NCBI GenBank assembly: GCA_965262745.1
Contig: OZ253558.1
Location: forward strand, 2,015,618-2,079,617
Length of the DNA: 64,000 nucleotides
Origin: Chloroflexota bacterium
GTDB lineage: Bacteria; Chloroflexota; UBA11872
Reading direction: 5' to 3'
Position 1 is the first letter of the stretch. The number at the start of each line of letters is the position of its first letter. The translations under genes and the position numbers were made by a program. Below the pieces are notes generated by a model. It ran no database searches and had not been told where the DNA came from. It saw nothing but the letters and a program-made list of their open reading frames with translations. Shown one piece after another: positions 47,974 to 55,871 of the stretch.

Positions 47974-49142
47974 GCGGCCGCGCGGGCGGCTCCCGGCCGG
48001 CGATCAATGGCATCGTGCAGCACGTCGAGCGTCTGATCGACGAGGCGGTCCCAGCGAAAGTGCTCGAGGCCCGTCTGCGCGGCGCCGGCCAGGCGTGCCC
48101 CGTAGGCGGGATCGTTCAGCACGCGATTCACGGCTTGCACGAAGGCGTCATCGTCGCCGAACGGCACCAGCAGCGCGGAGTGCCCGTGGCGCAGAATTTC
48201 GCGGTTACCGCCAATATCGGTCGTCACGATGGGCGTGCCGACATGGCGGGCCTCCACCAGCGTGTGCGAGAGACCCTCGTACTGGGTGTTGAGCACGCAC
48301 ACCTGGGACGCTCGCAAGTATGTCGCCACACGATCGTGCGGCACATCGCCCGTGAAGACCACGCGGTCGGCGACCCCAACCTCCTGCGCCAGGCGCTCCA
48401 ACCGGGGGAGTTCCGGTCCGCCGCCGACGACGAGCAGCGCGGCGGCGTTTTCGAACCGCGGCACCATTCGCACGAGCGCGTCGACGTGTTTCCAGGGGTA
48501 GAGCCGAGAGACGTTGCAGACCACGGGGCCGCGCAGGCCGAGGGACTGCCGTACGGCCTCGGGCTCCTCGTCCGGACGCGGCGTGCTGGTCAGCGCGTTT
48601 TGGATCACCTGCGTCTGTCCGGCGTCGACGCCCCAGCCCGCGACCAGCGATCCCACGTAGGCGCTGGGCACGACAACGACGCTGGCGAGCCGGCAGTAGA
48701 AGCGCTGGATGGCGCGGAACATCCGAGTCTTTACGCCGTGCGCGGCGTTTTGGAACGGCTCGATTCCCAGGGTCGTCAGTTCGCGGCGAATGGCCGATTC
48801 CCAGGCCCAGTCACCTACCACCTTGAGCACGCGCGGACGGCCGGCCAGCAGCGCTCCGATGCTCGCGGGGAGCTCGATGCCGTTGATGTACACGACATCG
48901 GAGCGCAGGGCCGCGCGCCAGGTGTGCCACATGACCCGCAGATAGCGCAGCGGAACGGGCATGCTCCACGACACCCGCACGAGGGGGTAGGGCACCTTGA
49001 CCACGCCCTCGGGATCGTCGGTGCCGGCAACGACGCGCACCGCGTGACCACGCTGATGCAGCGCCTCGGCCAGGTGATACACGTGCGTCGCCGGGCCGCC
49101 GACGGCGGGCGGAAAGATGTTGGACACCAGCGTCAGACGCAT
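47970..49142 (-). CDS. GT4-family glycosyltransferase
   Basis: MRLTLVSNIFPPAVGGPATHVYHLAEALHQRGHAVRVV N-terminus, LVEARHVGTPIVTTDIGGNREIL. Confidence 0.8.
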   Translation of the reverse strand: MRLTLVSNIFPPAVGGPATHVYHLAEALHQRGHAVRVVAGTDDPEGVVKVPYPLVRVSWSMPVPLRYLRVMWHTWRAALRSDVVYINGIELPASIGALLAGRPRVLKVVGDWAWESAIRRELTTLGIEPFQNAAHGVKTRMFRAIQRFYCRLASVVVVPSAYVGSLVAGWGVDAGQTQVIQNALTSTPRPDEEPEAVRQSLGLRGPVVCNVSRLYPWKHVDALVRMVPRFENAAALLVVGGGPELPRLERLAQEVGVADRVVFTGDVPHDRVATYLRASQVCVLNTQYEGLSHTLVEARHVGTPIVTTDIGGNREILRHGHSALLVPFGDDDAFVQAVNRVLNDPAYGARLAGAAQTGLEHFRWDRLVDQTLDVLHDAIDRRPGAARAAA

Positions 49143-49214
49143 GTTCGCGACGCTAGCACCGACCGCTGAGCGCCACAACCAGACCGGTCCAACGACTCCC
49201 GCCCCCGCGAGGAT

Positions 49215-50303
49215 TTATCCAGCGTGGCCGTTCGTGCGACCGTTCTGCAGCACCGGCAGCGGGTCAGAGGTAGCGACCGACCGCGCACCCGCAAAGGCCC
49301 GCCACAGCGGCGTGTCCTCCTGCCACTTGGCGTCGCATCCGGCGCACAGCGGATAGTCCGCCAGCTGGCCTTGGGTGTGCGCCTCGCGAATGGCCCGATA
49401 GGCGTCGCTGTTCCAGACATCTTGGATTGATTGCGTGCGGAGGTCGCCCATGATCTGGTCTTCGGCGAAGTCGGCACAGCACGACGGCACGCGGCCGTCC
49501 CAATAGACCGCCATGGATTTCCACAGCCAGTTGCAGGGGTAGTAGACCGGACCGTGCGGGCGCGCCGTGTAGAAATCGGAGTCCGTAAGCGTGCCCGCCC
49601 ACCCGTGGGCCCAGAAGGTGTCCCACTCGTCGACGGGCAAGCCGGCAAATCGATCCTTGAAGTCCGCGGGGACCACCGGGCGCGCGCCGACGCCAAACGA
49701 CTTCTCCCAGAGCTGAATCACTTGCATGACGACGTAGGGCTTCGGGCCAGCGAGGCGCTTGCGCGCCTCGAGAAACCGCAAGACGCGCTCAAGCACTCGG
49801 TCGAAGTTGGCGCCCTTGCGCATCTGCTCGTAAGTCTCGGGTTCGCCGGAGTCGAAGCTAATGGTCACTTTGGAGGGCCGCGCCTCCAACAGCTTGGCGA
49901 TGGCGTCGTCACGCCACAGTGTGGCGTTGGTGTTGATGTGCGCCGCGATCCCGGCACGCTCGCATATCTCGATCATCTCGTAGATGCCCTGGTGCATGAG
50001 CGACTCGCCGCGGAAGAACAGATTGATCTCCCGGGTGAAGTGGCGGGCCTCGTCGATGATCTTGTTGAACAGGTCCATCTCCATGAACCCGTTGGTGGCG
50101 TTGGCCCCGACGCTCTGCGGGCACATGGGGCAGCGCAGATTGCAGAAGCTGGTGGGTTCCACATGCATCTTGATCGGCCCGTAGGGCAACTCGCTGCTGC
50201 CACGCATCCAGTGGTAGGCGAAGCGCGCCAAGCGAGGGTGCGCCACCGCCTTGTGCCGACGGAAGTTGAGCACCAGGTCCTTGGCTTGCGTAACCGAGTT
50301 CAC
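49215..50303 (-). CDS. Radical SAM enzyme with C-terminal SPASM/twitch-like Cys-rich domain
   Basis: CNLRCPMCPQ (CxxxCxxC radical-SAM cluster motif). A C-terminal auxiliary-cluster Cys constellation runs from YYPCNWLW through PSCCADF to LCAGCD. 362 aa. Confidence 0.8.
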   Translation of the reverse strand: MNSVTQAKDLVLNFRRHKAVAHPRLARFAYHWMRGSSELPYGPIKMHVEPTSFCNLRCPMCPQSVGANATNGFMEMDLFNKIIDEARHFTREINLFFRGESLMHQGIYEMIEICERAGIAAHINTNATLWRDDAIAKLLEARPSKVTISFDSGEPETYEQMRKGANFDRVLERVLRFLEARKRLAGPKPYVVMQVIQLWEKSFGVGARPVVPADFKDRFAGLPVDEWDTFWAHGWAGTLTDSDFYTARPHGPVYYPCNWLWKSMAVYWDGRVPSCCADFAEDQIMGDLRTQSIQDVWNSDAYRAIREAHTQGQLADYPLCAGCDAKWQEDTPLWRAFAGARSVATSDPLPVLQNGRTNGHAG

Positions 50304-50524
50304 GGAGTGGCCTGGGCCGAATCCTGCGGCGAGATTGCCTCATCCCAGAGCATGTTGGGGATGCCGTCCTCAACCGTGTAGGCGTACCCACAGACGGTGC
50401 AGACGAGCGCAGTCCCGGCGATACGCAAAACCCCATCGTCGCGCTCATGCGCGTCGTTCACGCAGCGCAGAATGGCGAGAAAGTCGGCCGGGATCAGATC
50501 AGAATCTGGGGAATCGGACATCAA
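50300..50524 (-). CDS. Trm112-like (UPF0434/YcaR-like) zinc-ribbon mini-protein with degenerate first CxxC
   Basis: 74-aa ORF. LLAILRCVNDAHE....ALVCTVCGYAYTVEDGIPNMLWDEA matches the Trm112 family consensus (LL.IL.CP.C...L.......L.C..C...Y.I.DGIP.ML.DEA), but the first CPxC is RCVND. Its stop overlaps the radical-SAM start (4-nt overlap). Confidence 0.65.
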   Translation of the reverse strand: MMSDSPDSDLIPADFLAILRCVNDAHERDDGVLRIAGTALVCTVCGYAYTVEDGIPNMLWDEAISPQDSAQATP

Positions 50525-50541
50525 TATGCCTCAGTTCGACG

Positions 50542-52818
50542 CTAGAGCATGAAATGGAGCGTGTCAAAAGTGATCAGGACGGCCCCGTAGACGCCGACGA
50601 TGGACATGCGCCACCAGGCGGCATGACGCCCGGCCGGCCAGAGCCGGTGCGCGACCGCGGCGAGCGCCCCGACGGAGATCACTTGCAGCCCGATGAGGAC
50701 CGCGCCGGTCAACGCCAGGACGACCGGATAGGCCAGGTAGTACTCGATCAACGTCATGGACCAGAAGTCGAGACCCAGGCCGTTTTCGGGGCGTTCCGGA
50801 CGCACCTCGATTCCGAAGCGGGACCACGGCGAGCGCGCTAGGGCGTCCTCTAGCAGGTCTGTCCTATCCGGCGCCAGCAGGTTCGTCGCATCGGCGCGCA
50901 GGAGCCAGGCATGCGCTAGTAGGGGAGAGAACTGGTGCGCATAGAGCACGGCGACGAAGTCGCCCTCCGGCTGGATGGACGACCAGGGCTGGTACGCCGC
51001 TCCGCCGTACACGGCGCCGTCCTCGGGGAGCTGCTGGACCACCTGCTGCTGATAGAGATCGAGATACGAGCCAAAGTCCTTGCTCACGCCCATGACCTGG
51101 ACCCCCACGCTGGCCAGGAGCACGACGGCGAATGCCGCCCGCAGTAATGCGCGGCGGCCTTTCCCGGCCAGCCACTCGACCACCGGCGCGGCCATGATGA
51201 CGAGGAACGGCAGCGCCGGCATGAGATAGCGCGGACCCCAGGCATTGCCGCCGTACCAGACTTCTTTCTTGCTGTAGAGCAGCACGTATCCGATGGGGAT
51301 GGCGATGAAGATGAATGCCCGCCATCCGTGGCGCCGGATGAACCAGGGAATCGCGGGAATGGCCACGAAGAGCACGGGGTTGTACCAGAGCAAGCCCTTG
51401 CCCCAGCTTGAAATCAGCCCATGAACCCCAAGCTCGATCGGAAGGCCCAGCCACCCGCGGCTGATTCCCCCCCACAGCTCCCGGACGTAAAGCAGTTGCA
51501 CGTCAAATACGAGCGCGGCCACCACCAGGCCCGCAGGGACCACGGCGATGATGGGCGCGGCGAAGGCGAGCGTCGGCGCGAGGCCCTGACGCGCTACCAC
51601 GCGCCAGGTGCGTCCGGACTTGTGGCTCAGGAATATCGCCGCCACAAGCAGCGGCATGACGATGACGGTGACGTACTTGGTGGCGGCCGCGGCGAGCGCA
51701 ACCATCCCCGCGAGCACCAGATAGCGGCGCATCGGCGTCCGCTGATAGATCAAGAGCAACCACACGCTCGTGAGCACGAGCGCGGTCACCAGCGGTTCCG
51801 CGAAGTCGAAAACGGCGTAAGGCCAGGCCATGGTGGCGAGTGCGTACACGAGACCGATGGCCAGGGCGATGCCCAAGCCATAGTCCAGCCGCCGAACGAT
51901 GCGATACACGACGACCGTGCCGAAGGCGGTGATCAGCGCGTTGACGAGCGGCACCCAAATGCGGCGGAAGAAGTCGACGGTCTGGCGCTCGGACCACAAC
52001 CGGCCAATACCGGGCCCGTCTACCCAGGTCCCGTCAACGCGCCGAGCCGCGACGCCATCAACGTAAAGATTGCCGTCCGGCACCAGGTATTCCAGCCGCG
52101 CCGACGCAAGGTCGACGGGCTCGGCAAAGTCCCAGTCCGCCAGGAAGTAGTACGCCCGCGCGTTGCCGATCTGACGCCCGGCGGGCGGCGGGCGCTCATG
52201 CTGGATCATGGCCCGGACGTCGCCGCGGTCATAGGCCCACTCCGCCGTCTCCACTCCGACGCGCAGGGGTCGCACGACAGCGTCCCCACCGGCAGCCGTA
52301 ACGACGAGTCGCGCCACCTCGAGACCCTGGGGCAGAGCCGCGCTGAGACCCGTGTGGGTGAGCAGCGCAAGCCGGTCATAGCGTCCCGGCTTCAGCCCTA
52401 GGTCCAGCACCTCGGTGGAGTTGGGCTGTGGCATGCCGCCGAGCGGCGCGTAGTTGACGAGCAGAATCTCATGCTCACCGATTGGGATCCGGTCGCGCTG
52501 CGGCGCGAGATGCGCGGACGATTCGGCAGCAGCAACCACCGGCATCAGCGCCAGGGGCAAGCCCACGCCCCAGCGCGAGAAGTTGTGGCCGTGCCGGCGC
52601 AGGTATTTGTGGTCGGGATCGACGACGACGCTCTTGGCCATCTCGAAGGCGAACGTTCCATCGGCGCTGTAGCCGACGCCATTGCGACTCACGCCGGCCG
52701 TGAGCAGATAGACGGTGACAGCGAGGAGAAACAGCGCGAGCGCCGGACGGCGCACGGCCCACGCCGGCATGCGCAGCCGCATCAGACACGCACCGGATCG
52801 AAGCGCTGTAGCGGCCAC
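50542..52818 (-). CDS. Large polytopic membrane protein, putative GT-C-like glycosyltransferase/polymerase, with ~200-aa extracytoplasmic insert after TM1
   Basis: 758-aa ORF with N-terminal TM (ALALFLLAVTVYLL), a soluble beta-rich segment (aa ~60-260), then ≥10 TM helices. Confidence 0.5.
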   Translation of the reverse strand: MAATALRSGACLMRLRMPAWAVRRPALALFLLAVTVYLLTAGVSRNGVGYSADGTFAFEMAKSVVVDPDHKYLRRHGHNFSRWGVGLPLALMPVVAAAESSAHLAPQRDRIPIGEHEILLVNYAPLGGMPQPNSTEVLDLGLKPGRYDRLALLTHTGLSAALPQGLEVARLVVTAAGGDAVVRPLRVGVETAEWAYDRGDVRAMIQHERPPPAGRQIGNARAYYFLADWDFAEPVDLASARLEYLVPDGNLYVDGVAARRVDGTWVDGPGIGRLWSERQTVDFFRRIWVPLVNALITAFGTVVVYRIVRRLDYGLGIALAIGLVYALATMAWPYAVFDFAEPLVTALVLTSVWLLLIYQRTPMRRYLVLAGMVALAAAATKYVTVIVMPLLVAAIFLSHKSGRTWRVVARQGLAPTLAFAAPIIAVVPAGLVVAALVFDVQLLYVRELWGGISRGWLGLPIELGVHGLISSWGKGLLWYNPVLFVAIPAIPWFIRRHGWRAFIFIAIPIGYVLLYSKKEVWYGGNAWGPRYLMPALPFLVIMAAPVVEWLAGKGRRALLRAAFAVVLLASVGVQVMGVSKDFGSYLDLYQQQVVQQLPEDGAVYGGAAYQPWSSIQPEGDFVAVLYAHQFSPLLAHAWLLRADATNLLAPDRTDLLEDALARSPWSRFGIEVRPERPENGLGLDFWSMTLIEYYLAYPVVLALTGAVLIGLQVISVGALAAVAHRLWPAGRHAAWWRMSIVGVYGAVLITFDTLHFML

Positions 52819-52821
52819 GGT

Positions 52822-54420
52822 CTAGGCGGCGGGTGCAGCGGGAAACCCGAGCTCATCAACGAGTGCATTGAGACGCTGAGCAAAGGCTGCGACGTTGAAC
52901 CGCTGGCTCGCGGCCTGCGCGGCCTGGGACATGCGGTGGCGCAGGTCGGCATCGTGCACGAGCGCCAAGGTGTGGGCGCGCAGCTCACCGGTCGTCGACC
53001 AGCCGAAGCCGTCGACGCCGTGGGTGATGATCTCGGGCAACCCGCCTTGGTCAAGCACCACCGGCACCGCGCCGCTCGCCATGGCCTCGACCACGGTGAT
53101 GCCGAAGTGCTCGAATCTGACCGGATTGCGCGACTCGCGCTCGCCATGGCCGGCGGCGTGCCAATAGATGGGGGCTTCTCCGTATAGCCGTTGGAGCTCA
53201 GCGAAGGGCGCGTCCACGTGGAACTCGATGGGGTGTCCGGCAGCCCGACGCTTCAGGTCGCGGGTGTATTCGACGTCAATCTCGCGTTCGCTCTGCTGGC
53301 CCACCAGATGCAGTGTCCAGCCCTCGAGCCCCTCGCGCTGCATGCGGATGAACTGGTCGATCATCACCCGGTGCTTCTTCTCGTGCGTGCCGCGGAAGAA
53401 CCGGCCCACGCCCAGAATCGACTTGCCACGGCGACCAGGCGCCGCCCACGAGGTGTCGACCGGCGGGAACAGCAACGGACCATCCCGGTCCCAGTAGTAG
53501 CGCATCCAGCGTCGGCTGAACTCGGAGATGGGCGCGATGAGGTCGTAAGCCTCCAAAAAGTCGAGCGAGCCATAGGTTGGCAGGCCCTCCAGCCGGATGC
53601 CCGCTTCGGGAAGAAGACGGCGGAACAAGAGCTCATACATGAGCCGGCGCGGGTTGCGCATGCGTACATCGGTGACGGCCAACCCAACCTCGCGGTTGTC
53701 GGCTTCCCCGAGAGTCTCGGCGGGGTTGTAGACGGGCGACTCGAGCGTGAGTTCGAGCGGGCCGTTCGTCCCGGGCGGTCGACTTACGCGCACGGGCCAG
53801 CGCTCGAATTCCCCGGGACGCGGCTCGAAGATGCGCTCGGCAATCAGGTCGCCATCGAGAAGGCACCGGACGGGCAGCGGCACATCGCTGCGGAAGTTTC
53901 CGGCGATGATCTCGACGACCCCCGACGTGCGCCCCGGCGGAAGCGGAACGCCCACGACAGCGCGATCCGTGGTGTACCTGAACCAGCCCCGGCCCAGCGG
54001 ATGCACGTCGTAGAAGCCATCGAGCCATTCCGGCAAGAGAAACTGCCGAATCAGGATTTCCCCGACCTTGCGGCGCAGACGCGCGCGCCAGCCACGATCG
54101 ATGGGCGACGGGAAGAGCACCAGCATCATGCTGCGGTGAGCCGCCGACGGCTGGGAAGTCATGAACGACGCGTTCACGAAGAGATCGAACTGCGAGGTGA
54201 ACTGGGCGAAGCGGTTCGGCGGCAAGGCCGGGATGACCTCGATCTCGACCTGGGACAGGTCGATGTTGAGAGCGGCTTCCAAATCTTCGCGCGCAATGCC
54301 GCGATGGGTGATGAGGCGCGTGTCGTCGAAGCGTTGGGCCAACACGGCGGCGGCCATGGCCGCGTGGCGCTCGCCGCCGCCGCGCTGGTGCAGCCAGCGG
54401 TTGTAGACGGCAGCCTTCAT
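52822..54420 (-). CDS. GT4/GT1-family glycosyltransferase with N-terminal extension
   Basis: C-terminal FGITVVEAMASGAVPVVLDQGGLPEII and HLVGQQSEREIDVEY motifs. 532 aa. Confidence 0.75.
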   Translation of the reverse strand: MKAAVYNRWLHQRGGGERHAAMAAAVLAQRFDDTRLITHRGIAREDLEAALNIDLSQVEIEVIPALPPNRFAQFTSQFDLFVNASFMTSQPSAAHRSMMLVLFPSPIDRGWRARLRRKVGEILIRQFLLPEWLDGFYDVHPLGRGWFRYTTDRAVVGVPLPPGRTSGVVEIIAGNFRSDVPLPVRCLLDGDLIAERIFEPRPGEFERWPVRVSRPPGTNGPLELTLESPVYNPAETLGEADNREVGLAVTDVRMRNPRRLMYELLFRRLLPEAGIRLEGLPTYGSLDFLEAYDLIAPISEFSRRWMRYYWDRDGPLLFPPVDTSWAAPGRRGKSILGVGRFFRGTHEKKHRVMIDQFIRMQREGLEGWTLHLVGQQSEREIDVEYTRDLKRRAAGHPIEFHVDAPFAELQRLYGEAPIYWHAAGHGERESRNPVRFEHFGITVVEAMASGAVPVVLDQGGLPEIITHGVDGFGWSTTGELRAHTLALVHDADLRHRMSQAAQAASQRFNVAAFAQRLNALVDELGFPAAPAA

Positions 54421-55871
54421 TCGGGCTCGAAGAAGGGCTGCAACTCACGCGCGTCCAAGGGCCCCAGGCGTTGTTCAATGCGTCGCAGCCGCAGCGTGGC
54501 CGGCATGGCCCGCAGCGCAGCGCCAAGCGCCGATGCCCGCGCCCGGGCTCGCGCGAGCGCCCGCGCGTCGCCCACGGCCAGACCGCGGCGCATCTCACGC
54601 CCGCCGTGGATCACCGCGAGTGCCGCGTGGTGGCCGGCAAGTTTCCCGGGCGCGTTCTTGGCCAGCATGCGCAGCTTGCCGAATTCGACGTTGCGGATGA
54701 ACGACGGGGACCACTCGCCGCTGAACGCCGCGTGGGCGTGGCGAACAACCGACGCCGGCTCGTACCAAAAGCGCCAGCCGCGGCGGCGGGCGCGCCAGGC
54801 AAGGTCCGCGTCTTCGTAGTACATGAAGATGCCCGGATCGAGGAAGTCAAGCGATTCGAGCATCGAGCGGCGGAAGAGCGCCGCCCCGCCCTTGACGGCG
54901 AACACTTCGCGCGGCTCGCTAAAGTCCGGGCCATCCCACGCCTGCCAGACGTTGCCGTGGGTCACGAAGGTTCCGCGATCGCGCATGGAGCCGTCGGGGA
55001 GCGGCTTGATGCCCGCATTCTCGATGACGGGCCGGGCGAGCTCGCGGACAGCATCCTCAGGGATATCAAGCTCGTGACGAGTGCGATCCGGCGTGACGGG
55101 CAGTGTCGCGAGTTCCCGTCCACCGACGGTGACGGAGAGCTCGACGTCGTCGCGGCCGGGGCCGGCGGCGACGTCGAGCGCCACCCGGGCCTTGCCGTCG
55201 ACGGCGGGAACGGCCAGCGTGGCCGTGGCGGCGGTCCAGCGAAACATCTCGCCTTGCTGGTCGAGCTCCGCGCCATAGGCGCCGCGGTTGATGACGACCG
55301 GCGCTAGTTCAGCCCCGTCGGCATAGAGCCGGACGGCCGGCGCTGCTTCAGCCCCGACGGCATAGAGCCGCACGCCAAGCTCGCGCGCGTCGCCGCCGCC
55401 GGGCACGAAGGTCGGCGCGCGCAGGTCCACGGCAATACGATCATGCAGATACAGAATCTTTGCTGCGGCGCCCCCGGCCACGGGGTCCGCTTGCATGCGT
55501 TCCACCAGTGGCCGCAGCCATCCGGGATCGACCTCCGTGTCGGGATTGAGAAGCGCGACGAGCGGGGCGGTCGCATCCCGCATGGCCAGGTTGTTGCCAC
55601 GCGAGAAGCCGAGGTTTGCCCCAGCCTCCATGAGCGCGACTTCCGGAAAGTCACGGCCCAGGTTGCGTAGGGATCCATCCGTGGAGGCGTTGTCGACGAC
55701 GATGACTTCAAAGCTTGGATAGTCCGTGGCAAGCACGGCGCTGAGACACCGATCAATGAACGCCCCGGGGTTGTAGGTGAGGACGACGATACAGACGCGC
55801 GGCAGACTGCGAGACCGAGGTGCTCGCCGAGCCGGCGGACGCGGCGCCTCGGCCGCGATGGCGTCTGTCAT
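54417..55871 (-). CDS. GT2-family glycosyltransferase (GT-A fold) with internal tandem duplication and C-terminal extension
   Basis: VCIVVLTYNPGAFIDRCLSAVLATDYPSFEVIVVDNASTDGS plus DxD-type and QxxRW-like regions (PDTEV...YYEDADLAWRARRRGW). Confidence 0.8.
   Translation of the reverse strand: MTDAIAAEAPRPPARRAPRSRSLPRVCIVVLTYNPGAFIDRCLSAVLATDYPSFEVIVVDNASTDGSLRNLGRDFPEVALMEAGANLGFSRGNNLAMRDATAPLVALLNPDTEVDPGWLRPLVERMQADPVAGGAAAKILYLHDRIAVDLRAPTFVPGGGDARELGVRLYAVGAEAAPAVRLYADGAELAPVVINRGAYGAELDQQGEMFRWTAATATLAVPAVDGKARVALDVAAGPGRDDVELSVTVGGRELATLPVTPDRTRHELDIPEDAVRELARPVIENAGIKPLPDGSMRDRGTFVTHGNVWQAWDGPDFSEPREVFAVKGGAALFRRSMLESLDFLDPGIFMYYEDADLAWRARRRGWRFWYEPASVVRHAHAAFSGEWSPSFIRNVEFGKLRMLAKNAPGKLAGHHAALAVIHGGREMRRGLAVGDARALARARARASALGAALRAMPATLRLRRIEQRLGPLDARELQPFFEPE
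55301..55378. repeat. 39-bp x2 in-frame tandem direct repeat inside the GT2 gene (duplicates 13 aa: VRLYAVGAEAAPA / VRLYADGAELAPV)
   Basis: gcgctagttcagccccgtcggcatagagccggacggccg followed by gcgctgcttcagccccgacggcatagagccgcacgccaa, ~85% identical head-to-tail. Confidence 0.7.
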
